From: Octopus sinensis
Lineage: Eukaryota
Direction of reading: 5' to 3'
Length of the DNA: 56,915 bases
Assembly: GCF_006345805.1 (NCBI RefSeq)
Contig: NW_021835176.1
Span: forward strand, 1-56,915
Shown: piece after piece, positions 1 to 12,875 of the stretch
Position numbering within the stretch: position 1 is the first letter of the stretch
Layout of the letters: every line of letters starts with the position of its first letter
Position numbers and translations under genes: made by a program
The notes under the pieces: model-generated
The model's input: only the letters and a program-made list of their open reading frames with translations
The model's database searches: none
Told to the model about the DNA's origin: nothing

Positions 1-22
1 TATATATATATATACATATAAC

Positions 23-57
<35 letters not shown>

Positions 58-243
58 CATATAACATATATATATACATATATATACATAATATAATATA
101 TATATACATATATAATATATATATTATATATAATATATATATATATATAATATATATAATATTATACATATATATATATATACATATATATAATATAGTA
201 TATATATATATATACATATATATGATTGATTGATTGATTGATT
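1..243. repeat. (AT)n microsatellite followed by short (GATT)n
   Basis: Direct reading of the sequence; it truncates the LINE that lies to its right. Confidence 0.95.
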
Positions 244-2056
244 CTAGTTTCAGCTTATGAGCTGTGGCATATTTGTAGCATATGGCTTGCATTACAGACA
301 TGAATTGTTGAAGTTTCACGTCGATGTCTGGCGAGGAGAGAGACATTTAGGCCAGTTTGTTTGAGGATCTCTTTCTCAATTTGTTTCCAGTTTGCCTTAT
401 GGTAGTTCAAGCTGGAAAGATTTTGAGGGTTTCTTGTAGGCTGCATGTCCGTGCTCTCTTTTGGCCCGTACATGGTCAGCTCTATCATGTTGTGATCCGA
501 GTGTAGTGTCGGTGTCACTTTCACATTATGGATGAGATCCATGTTATTTGTGAAGCAGAGATCCAGTGTGTTACCTGCCTGGTTGGTTGGAGTATTACCT
601 GCTCCATGTACAGGGTGTTGATGAGGTTCAGGAGGGACCTCGCCTGTCCTCGTTCACATCTTGTCATTCCTGGAGAGAAAGGCCCTCGGGCCATCTGACA
701 TTGGGCAGATTGAAGTCTCCCATAAGAAGCACCCTATGTGTTGTTCTAATGTGGTTAGAATTTCTTCTATTTTTTATAGGCAGTCTTCAAACTTGCCCAC
801 ATGGCTTGGGGCATCTGGAGGGCGATATGTAGCACACACAACTACATCAAGTTGCCTAATATGTACAATTAGTGTGTCACACACCGAGTTTGAGTATGAC
901 AAGAGGACCTGGGGGGTGTGAGGTCCTCACGGATGTACATAGCAACACCTCCATGACTCATTTCTTTCCTGTCGGTCCGTAGTACAGCATACTGTGGTAT
1001 GTGTAACTCCGCATCTGCTATGTCCGGTTTCAGGTGCGTTTCTGTAAGTGCTATGCATAAGGCTTGATTGCATGCAACAAAGTCTCTCAGGAATGGGATC
1101 TTTGTCCTGTTACTGAGTGTTTGCAGTCCTCTGATGTTCAGTAGGAGTATCGAGGTGAGGGTGTACGTTGTTGCCGGCGGTGTCCTCTGTCTGTTCTGCT
1201 GTTGCTGTGGTGGTCTGGTATATAGTGGGTAGTCCCACCTGCGGGCTTGGGTTTGATGAAGCCAGGTCAGCTGCTGTACAATCTTTTGTGCCATGCACAA
1301 AAAAGATTGTTGCTCAGCAGCTGCTCTTTCGACAACATCATGTTGGCTGTTTGTGGCGCGCACAACATCTGCGTACCTCCGCTTTGGGCAGGTGGTGCGT
1401 GGTCCATCCCTTTTCTTTGTGTTGATGGTTTGTCCATCTGCTCGTGTCTCTGTGGCAGGGTCCCCGATGTGCAAAGCGGCAGCCTGCACCTTCCTTTCCA
1501 TGCCAGCAGGAACCTCTCAGGTAGAACATACACACCCGTGTGCGCTGTTTGGTTCCATCCTTTGCGGTTCCACTTCTATTCCTGGTTGTTTCACTCTTTG
1601 GTCCTGCTTGAGCTTTTTCTTTTCCTTTAGCTCTTCCAGTCCTTCTTTTAGTTCTTCTTCCTCTCTCTACTCTTCACCGGGTTCTCCGTCTCCATGGCCC
1701 TTGCTGCCGGTTGGAGAACTTGCACCTGGGTTCACTTCCCGGGCAGGTTTCTCATTCAAAACCTCCTCCCGGGCGTCACCAGGTGGGGGTGAGGTGATTC
1801 TTTCATCGTCTCCATTCTTGCCATCTTTGCCCCGCTCGTTCTCAAAGATGGCATCAAGTGCGCCAATGTGCGACCGTACAAGCGCATATGAGCGCACGAA
1901 TTCCCGTCTCTTTCGCTCCATCTGAGCGCTGTCCTCTTGTAGCCTCTGCTCTTCAGCGCAGCCGCAATCACCTCGCTCGCTAGGGCTATCTCCGCCGGTG
2001 CACTCCCATGCTTGTACGAATAAATCCAGCTCGTCAGGTCTCCATGCTCTGGACAT
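244..2056 (-). mobile_element. LINE copy A (CR1/L2-related, possibly Proto2-like): ORF1 plus APE endonuclease; RT missing because the element breaks off in the microsatellite
   Basis: APE motifs across frames: LLLNIRGL, ALTETHL, LRTDR..GGVAMY (869-1501), TYRPP and LMGDFNLP (~700-840), LHSDHNMI (255-542). ORF1 ATG at 2056; CCCH finger CMFYLRGSCWHGKEGAGCRFAH at ~1465-1535. Clade assignment not tested. Confidence 0.85.
1667..2056 (-). pseudogene. LINE A ORF1 N-terminus with a Myb/SANT-like domain interrupted by two compensating frameshifts
   Basis: The frames join as MSRAWRPDELDLFVQAWECTGGDSPS / EVIAAALKSRGYKRTA / QMERKRREFVRSY. Confidence 0.7.
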
Positions 2057-2109
2057 GCTGGATAATCCGTCTATCCGTTTATCTATCTAATTATGTTCGA
2101 GAGAAGACA

Positions 2110-3460
2110 GGAAATATTAAGGCTAATTAGAAGATAGAGTACTTGAAAAGAAATATTAACAATATTAAAGTTTGTGTAAAAACGTTATTTGGGTAAAAAC
2201 GTTATTTAATCTTAGGCTAATTAGGGGATAGAGTATCTGAAAATGTATTAGCAATATTAATATTATATTAGAGTGTGGATAAAAACGTTGTTTAATCTTA
2301 AGGCTAATTAGGAGATAGAGTATCTGAAAATATATTAGCAATATTATATTATATTATAGTGTGGGTAAAAAAACGTTATTTAATCTTAAGGCTAATTTGG
2401 AGATAGAGTATCTGAAAATATATTAGCAATATTAATATTATATTAGAGTGTGGGTATATAAACGTTATTTAATTTAATCTTAAGGCTAATTAGAAGACAG
2501 AGTATCTGAAAAATTATATATACAATATTAAGCATATTACCGTTATTTAATTTAATCTTAAGGCTTATTAGACGTTATAAATTTAAACGCTATTTAATTT
2601 AATCTTAAGGCTAATTAGAAGATAGAGTATCTGAAAATATATTAGCAATATTAATATTATATTAGAGTGTGGGTTAAAAAAACGTTATTTAATCTTAAGG
2701 CTAATAGGAGATAGAATATCTGAAAATATATTAGCATGTAAATATTATATTAGAGTGTGGGTAATATTAAACGTTATTTAATTTAATCTTAAGGCTAATT
2801 AGAAGATAGAGTATCTGAAGAATTATTAACAATATTAAAACATATTAAACGTTATTTAATTTAATCTTAAGGCTAATTAACAATAATTATTAACAATATT
2901 AAACAATATTAAACGTTATTTAATTTAATCCTAAGGCTAATTAACATAATTATTAACAATATTAAACAATATTAAACGTTATTTATTTAATCCTAAGGCT
3001 AATTAGACGTTATTAATATTAAACGTTATTTATTTAATCTTAAGGCTAATTAGAAGATAGAGTATCTGAAAAATTATTAACAATATTAAAACAATATTAA
3101 ACGTTATTTAATTTAATCTTAAGGCTAATTAACAATAATTATTAACAATATTAAACAATATTAAACGTTATTTAATTTAATCCTAAGGCTAATTAACAAT
3201 AATATTTAACATATTAAACAATATTAAACGTATTTAATTTAATCTTAAGGCTAATTAACAATAATTATTAACAATATTAAAACAATAATAAACGTTATTT
3301 AATTTAATCCTAAGGCTAATTAACAATAATTATTAACAATATTAAACAATATTAAACGTTATTTAATTTAATCCTAAGGCTAATTTGACGGTATCAATAT
3401 TAAACGTTATTTAATTTAATCTTAAGGCTAATTAGAAGATAGAGTGTCTGGAAAATTATA
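2110..3460. repeat. AT-rich minisatellite array, about 19 units of ~47-93 bp, anchored on AACGTTATTTAAT..C(T/C)TAAGGCTAATT
   Basis: About 19 AAGGCTAATT-like anchors counted by eye between ~2120 and ~3425; long, medium and short unit variants. Confidence 0.9.
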
Positions 3461-3907
3461 TATCGAGAACAGATATTGAAAATGTAAACAAACAAAATGA
3501 CGATCGCAACTTTACTAAGATGTGGGCCTAAGTGAAGGATAAAATAGAATAATAAATAAAATATGAAATAGATGAAATTGATACTTAATCCAACAATGTG
3601 GTCTGGATTATTTTTTTTGGTGTTACGGGATTTTTTTCAGGAGAGATGCTTCTTTTTTCTTTCTTGCAGGATATAACTTGATTCAGTTATTTTTGCACCA
3701 TGTGCGTTTCGGCGAAAATGAAAATTACTGTGTATATGTATATATTTTATATATATATTTTTAAAAATATTTTAACCAAAGTGTTGTAGTGATCTCTATG
3801 ACTTAGAGTTTTACGTTTTGCAACTACAGTGGGTTATTTCGCCGATCTATGCAAACTTTTTCACAGAGAAGAGGCAATACGTCTCTCTCTGTTAAAAACG
3901 GAACCGG

Positions 3908-4039
<132 letters not shown>

Positions 4040-4764
4040 CAAGGAAAAATTGTAAAAATGCAGAATGCTAAATTGAAAGAAAATTTTAATGGAATGAGAA
4101 ATTGATAAAATATATAAATATATATTTATTCAAACCGGTTTTCGTAATAATATGACTTATCAAGAATAGTTAGGTAAAAAAAAATTTTTTAAGTGAGAAA
4201 GGGGAAAAAAGGAAGTTGCATTGTTTTTTGCAAAAGAATAATAATAAATATGTACAAAAATTAAAAAATAAGTACTCCGATACATTGTGAATTCGTTGTG
4301 TATCTTGAGTTTAATGATTGTTCACGAAAAAATTACCTTGAGGTATTAGGATCCAATGGGATTAAGACCATGTGTTGTTTGGTTTAATTAAGGATGTTGG
4401 CAAAACAGGAAGTAGTAGTAATTGTGGTTCTTCAGTTCCTGTGTTGTGAATAAGGGGAGACAACTCTTTTGAGTTCTTCAATTTGTGTTTCTCAAAACTC
4501 CCCTGCAATAAAGGCTGCTAATAAACCCCAAATTATAAAATTATCATTTTAGCTTCATTTGCATTATCTTTTTTATATAATTGTTAGTTAACTTAACTTT
4601 CAGATTTTAACACTTTATTTATATTATTTTCTAATTATATAAATTTGCATAGACCAATTTAGAATTACATTTCAGATTGTTATATCATATATAATAAAAA
4701 TGATAGTAATAACAACAATAGTAAAAATGATATTTAAAGAATATAAGTTTTAGCTTGAAGTGAT

Positions 4765-6150
4765 GAATGCATGGTATCCTTATATATTTGTGTTAGTCCA
4801 TCCATGAAGAATGAGGTAGAAAAAGGAGAATGCATGGTATCCTTATATATTTGTGTTAGTCCATCCATGAAGATTGAGGTAGAAAAAGGAAGTTTGATCA
4901 ACGAGGAGTTTGCATATAAAGTTGTGTTTGGAATTTTTGAATAAAGAGATTCTCCTTGTTAATTCTCTCCTGTGTGGTGATCCCGTCTTTACATTGGTAG
5001 AAGGGGAATATATAGAATTTGGGGTTTAAGTCTTTAGCGCATGAGTCTATGTGGTCACTCAGTGGAATTTGTCGGTATTCCGGGAGATTTATTTGTTCTT
5101 TATGCACCGCTACTCGTTTACGTAACGGGAGATTCGTTTGTCCAACATAATTATGTTGGCAACCAGCGCATGTGAGAACGTAGATAAGGTTCTCGGAGGA
5201 ACAGGAGAAGTTAGTCTTGATTTTAAACTTCGTACCTTGTTTGAAGGTAAATTCAGAGCCTTCAAGTAGGAAGGGGCAGGTGCCACAGTTTGGACGTGCA
5301 CATTTTTTTACTGCTGGGGTGGATGTGGTGTGTGAAGTTTGGTATTTGTCAAGAGTTTTTTTAAAGATTTGTGTTGCCTTTTACATTTGAGGATTTTGTG
5401 TGTATTTATAATATTTTTCATTTTTGGGTCTGTTGACAGTAGACTGAGGTTTTGTATGAGTGTGGTGTATGCTTCGATATTTTTGGGGTTTTGGGTGGAA
5501 ATGTATGGAAGTATTTTGAGGTTGTGTGTGGTGTTAGGTTGGGTGGTTTTCAGTGTAATGTTATCTAGTTCTTTGGCGCGTTTTATTCCATACTCTATAA
5601 GGGTGGAGGGATATTGGCGTTGTAATAGTGTTTTTTTGAGGTCTTGAAGGCGTATTTCTCGTGTTTTTGGATCCGAGACAATGGTGCATACCCTTTTAGC
5701 TAAATTGAAAGGGATATTTGTCTTGGTGTGTTTTGGGTGGCATGAACTAAAGAGGAGGTATTGTTGTGAGTCTGTAGGTTTGTGGTAGATGTCTGTTATG
5801 ATTTGGTTCTTAGTGTGTTTTATAATTAGGAGATCAAGGAATGGGAGATGATGTTTGCTTAATTCCATAGTGAATTGGATGTTGGGATGTATGTTGTTTA
5901 GTATGGTTTTGAATTCCAGGAGTTTTTCATAAGGTTCTTTCCATATGATGAAATAATCATCCAAATACCTTTTCCAGTTTTCCATTAGGTAGGTGTGGAA
6001 AACATGTCCAAATTTCTGGCGTGATATTTCATAGAGTGATAGTTCGAAGAAACCCATTATGAGGTTCGCAAGGACTGGTGCAGCCTTGGTGCCCATCGCA
6101 ATACCACATTTTTGACGGTAGTGTGTGTCGTCGAAGAGAAAAAAATATAT
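4765..6150 (-). mobile_element. Penelope-like element, 5'-truncated: RT C-half plus GIY-YIG endonuclease
   Basis: RT motifs GIAMGTKAAP, WKRYLDDYFIIW, LPFLDL, YHKPTDSQQYL..SSCHP (5308-6168). A frameshift leads into KKCARPNCGTCP..NFSCSSENLIYVLTCAGCQHNYVGQT..HKEQ..KENLFIQKF (4898-5310), which has the Cys cluster and GIY-YIG pattern typical of PLEs. Confidence 0.93.
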
Positions 6151-6524
6151 ATGAATGTTGGTATGCATATGTAAGCGTATATTTATTTACAAGATTTTGC
6201 AAAAAATACTTAATACAGTCGCATTACATGAAGAGTTTCTTAAAAATTATTGACTATAAATATTCTAGAAAAAACAGAATGACACGAACTTATGGAATGA
6301 AATTTTTGTATTGTGCTTTTAAGTGGTTTCGTTATCCCGTAATCTGTAGAGACGAGGTTGTTTCTGGTAGTAGCGCAGATTACTTCCTATTTAATTATTT
6401 CAGATTTAGAATTCTTATAAAGTATTCATACTATTTTTGCCGTTCATAATTGATCATTTTTATAATTAGAAATATTGAATTTCTAAATGTCTCAAAGAGA
6501 CACGAGCGGTGGTGGAGCGATAGA

Positions 6525-6730
6525 GTGGTTGTATACAGTCAACATAACGTGACAGTCCTCTAAGGGAATTACACCACCGCTATTTAGCCCTAGGAAGCAT
6601 CAACGCTTCCTGTCGGCTTTGACACATTTCCTGTGTCATATAAGGACACAGGAAATGCTTCCTAGGGCTAAATAGCGGTGGTGTAATTCCCTTACAGGAC
6701 TGTCATGTTATGTTGACTGTATACAACCAC
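6525..6730. repeat. Long near-perfect palindrome (fold-back / MITE-like)
   Basis: 76-bp arms at 6525-6600 and 6655-6730 with 2 mismatches; nested 12-bp hairpin at 6626-6656. Confidence 0.9.
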
Positions 6731-7691
6731 ATTTTTATAATGTATTTTGAAAAAAGGAAATATTTTGAATTTTTCATTTGCACAAATATCTAGATGTTCA
6801 TTACATGGAAATTTCTAAGAGCATTTCTAAAGAAGTTCCTAACAACATTTCTAGTCTGATTTGCTGTTTGTGCATTCTCACACGGTTAGTTAATTTCGAT
6901 CCTGTTTCTCCGATATAGTTCTCATTGCATGTGATGCAGAAGATGAGTCTTTTTCTTTTGCTTTGCAATTCATGTTTGCTTTAACATTCAATTCCTTCCA
7001 CATTTGAACCTTTTTTGTTTTTCCCTGCTCAATTATCTTATACTTCGTACAATTGGGTCTCCATTGTTTGTTAACTTTAATATTCCTTCTTCAGATGTGA
7101 ATTTCACTTTCTGAGATGTCTTTTGAGATTTGCTGGTTGTCCTCGGCAGCTGATTATTTGTGATTCCTTAACTGTGTATTGGGAATTCGATGACTGATTT
7201 AGAATTGGAAGAAATCGTTTGGCCGAATGTATGATATAGTATTTTCTAAGATTATGGGTGACTACAAGTGCAATATTTATAGTTGTGTTTTTGTTTTTAC
7301 CCTCAACGTGAGTGTTTCTCAGTAAAGCAGAAATTAATAGTTATAGGTCCGTCAGCAGTGACTACTCAGTCGCTCGCTGGTTTAGCTAAACCGGCCTGTC
7401 AGTATATATATATATTGTTGGCATCCTTTTTGTCTCGGGAGACAATGGAGTTGCGCACCATATAAATTTATTGCAGACTTAGCGAAATGCTCATGTCTTC
7501 ATTAAAAATTAATATAAACAGCTAGGCACAATATAAGACCATAAAGGAAAAAAATTATCGCCACTAACTGTAACTGAGGGTCCTGACACACCTATATTGT
7601 AAGAAATAGTTAAAAACTCTTAATGCTGTGCGAAGCCCACAATATACATACACGGACAGGGGACATTATATATACATACATACATAATAAA

Positions 7692-7727
<36 letters not shown>

Positions 7728-7775
7728 TATACACGCACACACACACATATCTATGTATGTATATATATATGTATG

Positions 7776-7806
<31 letters not shown>

Positions 7807-7916
7807 GTATGTATATATACATCATGTATATATATATATGTTAATATATATATGTATGTATATATATATGTATGTATATATATATATGTATATATATATG
7901 TATGTATATATATATG

Positions 7917-7945
<29 letters not shown>

Positions 7946-7947
<2 letters not shown>

Positions 7948-7989
7948 GTACATGTGTGTGTAGATGACATATATACATACATGAAAGTG

Positions 7990-8021
<32 letters not shown>

Positions 8022-8606
8022 GAGCATGTTTGTATACATATAATCATGCAAACGAGCTTATGTTCACACACACACGCGTACATATATGCACATGCATATA
8101 CATACATATTTATGTATATACATATATATACGCACACATACACAGAGCTACCACTGTGTTTATATATAACGAATACACATGCACGCTTACACGCAAACAA
8201 TTTCTCATAAACAAACTGAAGCAATACACAATCGAAAGTACACAAACATATTACCTTCACTTGCTTCGTGTATACTCCTCGGTCACCTTATCCATTTAAG
8301 TGTGACTATTTTTATATTTTTAATAATAAACACATCAAGTCTGAATCATGAATTTTTTTTATTCTTCACAACAGACTTAACTTTCTGCGGTTTTTCGTAT
8401 TGTTTCTTGTCTTCGATTCTTCGACGATTTTTTTTCTTCTTTCTTGTTGTTTCCATTATGGAATAAAAATGCACACATTGACACGCACGCGCACACGTGT
8501 ATACGCTGGCCAAAACACACATGTACATATGTGTGCAGAAATTCACACACATGTATGTATGTATATGTATGTATGTATATATATATATATACATATGGAT
8601 ATATAT

Positions 8607-8642
<36 letters not shown>

Positions 8643-8681
8643 GTATACACACACACACACATATATAAGTATATGAATACG

Positions 8682-8712
<31 letters not shown>

Positions 8713-8997
8713 TATATATCTATACACACACCACACACATATATAATATATATATATATATTCATGTATATATGCATCTATAAATATATACATCTATACA
8801 AACAGATATATATATATATGTAATGCATATAATATATTATATATATAGTATATAATATATGTATGTATTATATATGTCTGTATATATATATATGTATATA
8901 TATTATGTATGTATATATATATGTATATATATATATGTATATATATATATATAATGTACATGTGTGTGTAGATGACATATATACATACATGAAAGTG

Positions 8998-9028
<31 letters not shown>

Positions 9029-9616
9029 GACATGTTTTTATACATATAATCATGCAAACGAGCTTATGTTCACACAACACAACGCGTACATATATGCACA
9101 TGCATATACATACATATTTATGTATACCATATATATACGCACACATACACAGAGCTACCACTGTGTTTATATATAACGAATACACATGCACGCTTACACG
9201 CAAACAATTTCTCATAAACAAACTGAAGCAATACACAATCGAAAGTACACAAACATATTACCTTCACTTGCTTCGTGTATACACTCCTCGGTCACCTTAT
9301 CCATTTAGTGTGACTATTTTTATATTTTTAATAATAAACACATCAAGTCTGAATCATGAATTTTTTTTATCTTCATTCTTCACAACAGACTTAACTTCTG
9401 CGGTTTTTCGTATTGTTTCTTGTCTTCGATTCTTCGACGATTTTTTTTCTTCTTTCTTGTTGTTTCCATTATGGATAAAAATGCACACATTGACACGCAC
9501 GCGCACACGTGTATACGCTGGCCAAAACAACATGTACATATGTGTGCAGAAATTCACACACATGTATGTATGTATATGTTGTATGTATATATATATATAT
9601 ACATATGGATATATAT

Positions 9617-9654
<38 letters not shown>

Positions 9655-9686
9655 GTATACACACACACCACATATATAGTATATGA

Positions 9687-9745
<59 letters not shown>

Positions 9746-9840
9746 TATATATATTATATATATATATATTCATGTATATATGCATCTATAAATATATACA
9801 TCTATACAAACAGATATATATATATAATGTAATATGCATT
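7946..9840. repeat. ~1 kb tandem duplication (copy 1 ~7946-8830, copy 2 ~8954-9840; period ~1008)
   Basis: The non-repetitive core (GCAAACGAGCTTATG...CACATCAAGTCTGAATCATGAA...AGAAATTCACACAC) occurs twice and differs mostly by single-base indels. Confidence 0.9.
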
Positions 9841-9918
9841 ATATATATATATATATATATATATAAATGTATATGCTATATATGATATTATAGATATATG
9901 TATATGCATATATATCTA

Positions 9919-9957
<39 letters not shown>

Positions 9958-9982
9958 GTATATGCATATATATATATATTAT

Positions 9983-10046
<64 letters not shown>

Positions 10047-10594
10047 ACATATACGTATATATGCGCACACACACATGTTTTATACAGAAACATGTTTGTA
10101 TACACATGTGAGTATATGTATGTATGTATTTATGTATGTATGTATGTATGTATGTATCTATCTATCTATCTCTCTCCGTGAACATGCAGGACGCACATGA
10201 GTAAGTATGTCCCTGTATGTGTGTGTTGGTGTGTGCGTGTGCTCGCACGCACGTGTGAGAGTGTGTGTGTTTGTGTCTGTCTCAGCATATTGAATACAGT
10301 TACCATCAGACAGATATACAGAACTTAGAAACCAACAAAAAATCCCCAAAAATCACCAAAAGGTAAGAAGGGAAAAATGAAGTAAAAAATTTATGCATTG
10401 CACACACACACATAAATATGTATGTGTGTATACACGCACACAGAGTCAAGCACACACATATTTATATATAGATGCATGTGTATGTTTGTCCGTGTATGTA
10501 GATGCATGTAATTAAATGTCTATATACCTATATATATATACGCGCGCACACACACTCATACACATACACACACATATATATATGCATACATGCA

Positions 10595-10630
<36 letters not shown>

Positions 10631-10857
10631 TATTATATATATATATATATATGTACGAGCATAATTGTCTACTGAAGTCTATGTACGGATTTCTGACCCT
10701 TCCATGCTAATGGACAAAAGCTTTTAGCATTAAACACGAATTATTGTTCGTTGCAGAATTGATGTCAATTTCAGTCTGTAAATGATGAAAAAAAAAAAAA
10801 AGAGTTTTAACCAAATATATATGTGTATATGTGTGTATACACACACACCCACACACA

Positions 10858-10919
<62 letters not shown>

Positions 10920-10983
10920 GCACACATAGATCTATACATATAAATGAAATAGACTAGCAATCTAATATATATATTATTATATA

Positions 10984-11031
<48 letters not shown>

Positions 11032-11348
11032 CTTTTATGTATATTAGATTGCCATAAATATCTATACATACATACACACGTATATATATGTATATATACA
11101 TACACAAACATACGCACACGCATAATACACACATATATGTATGTATATACACACACATACATAAATGCATATATATATATATGTATGACTATATGTATGT
11201 GTGGTGTGTGTGTATGTGTGTGTGTCTGTATGTGTGTTTGTGTGTTAAAATTAGTCTGAGAAGCCTGCATTCATATTTTTATCGTGAAGAATTAAGTACA
11301 AGTATTTCGGCATGACATACAGGGCACCGTTCATAAATACGTATTTAG

Positions 11349-11429
<81 letters not shown>

Positions 11430-11451
11430 AAGTGTATATATCTATATATAA

Positions 11452-11500
<49 letters not shown>

Positions 11501-11524
11501 TGTATGTGTGTATATGTATATATC

Positions 11525-12875
11525 TCTGACCAACCTCTGGAGAAATTCTTTAGGCTCAGGTTATATACCGAAACAACTCCTATCCCAGTCTGGCATTCCG
11601 GTTTTCATACAGGGAAACAGATCCATCGCAGTCAACTATCACCCAATCTCATTCACCTCCTACATCACTAAAGTGTTTGAAAGAGTGGTAAGATCAAGGA
11701 TAGCTGGCTTCCTGGAGATCCACAAACTCCTAAATGCAAATCAGTATAGCTTTCGCTGTGGCCTGGGACTGTTTAACACAGCTCATACACCATATTGAAG
11801 ATATACATAAAGCCTACGGAACAGGTTCGAACTCTGATGTCATATATCTTGACTTCAGTAAAGCGTTCGACAGGGTTGACCATAATATCTTACTCTCAAA
11901 ATTAGCAACTGTTGGAATCCATGGAATACTTCTACACTGGATTGATATCTCCTGGCGAATAGAACACAACATGTTGTGGTCGATGGAGTCCACTCAACCC
12001 CAGCAAAAGTCACCAATGGTGTCCCTCATGGGACTATCTTGGGCCCGCTCCTCTTTATAATCTACGCAAACGACCATTCCAACGTCGTAAATCACTGCAA
12101 AGTTAAAATATTTGCTGATGACTCTGAGTTCCAGCAAATCACCAATGAAGAAGACCGAACTCAACTCCAGTCTGATCTATATGCTGTAAGTTAATGGGCA
12201 GACAAAAACAAAAATGCAACTGAACGAGGGAAAATTTTAGCTGATGCATTTTGGAAGAAAGTCTATGCATTTTGGAAGAAAGTCTATGCTAAAACAGCCA
12301 TACTCTCTTCCTCCTGGGGAACTGCTCACAACATCTAATAATATGAGAGACCTAGGAGTAATTGTTGATAAAAATCTCAGTTGGAGTGCCCACATCAACA
12401 ATAAGGATCTTAAGAACCTTCCGGTCCAGAGAACAAGGTGTCATAATTCCACTTTTCTCCTTTGTATACTGCTGCCCCCTGTCGTCTCCCCATGCAAAAC
12501 ATCTCGAAAATTGAATCACTCCAGAGGGCACTCACTAAACGAACTAAGGGCATGATCTCGATTACTGGGACCTCCTTAAAGCCTTGAAACTCAACTCTTT
12601 CCAGCACCGCCGTGAGCGGTACATCATTTGCACGATGTGGAGAATATACCGCCAGCATTGCCCAAACGACCTGAACATTAGCTTCAAGGTTCATCCAAGG
12701 CTGGGACCACGGGTCATACGTCTCCTACCCAATTCAGGATCGCAACATATAGGTACACTGTGACGCAATTTCTTTTCCTCAACAAGCCTTGCCCTGTTTA
12801 ACATTGTCCCAAAACTGATCAAAGAGGAAAAGGATCCCATCACCTTTAAACGGAATCTGGACGAATTTCTTTTAC
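11525..12875 (+). mobile_element. 5'-truncated LINE RT fragment, same group as copy B
   Basis: [69 protein letters not shown] and LQHRRERY across several frameshifts; internal deletion near 12410. Confidence 0.92.

Noticed and set aside
1293-1925. 210-aa plus-strand ORF, and similar antisense ORFs at 5339, 15263 and 15685
   Set aside because: Antisense shadows of transposon coding sequence.
2110-3460. CRISPR-like look of the recurring anchor motif
   Set aside because: The intervening sequences are themselves repeated, the context is eukaryotic, and there are no cas genes.
3650-3735. Strong acceptor TTTCTTGCAG followed by open frame YNLIQLFLHHVRFGENENY
   Set aside because: Only a weak donor (GTGTAT/GTATAT) follows and no homology is recognisable.
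6780-7200. Possible decayed transposase on the minus strand
   Set aside because: Several stops and no motif I can assign.
7620-11315. Many ORFs rich in YI/IY/CV/HT repeats (also at 18.2, 23, 26, 35-36, 38-39, 42-43 and 48 kb)
   Set aside because: Translations of (AT)n, (TACA)n and (CA)n microsatellites, which lack stops in some frames; no coding signal.
12244-12290. 21-bp tandem duplication in the LINE fragment
   Set aside because: Ordinary slippage in a dead copy.
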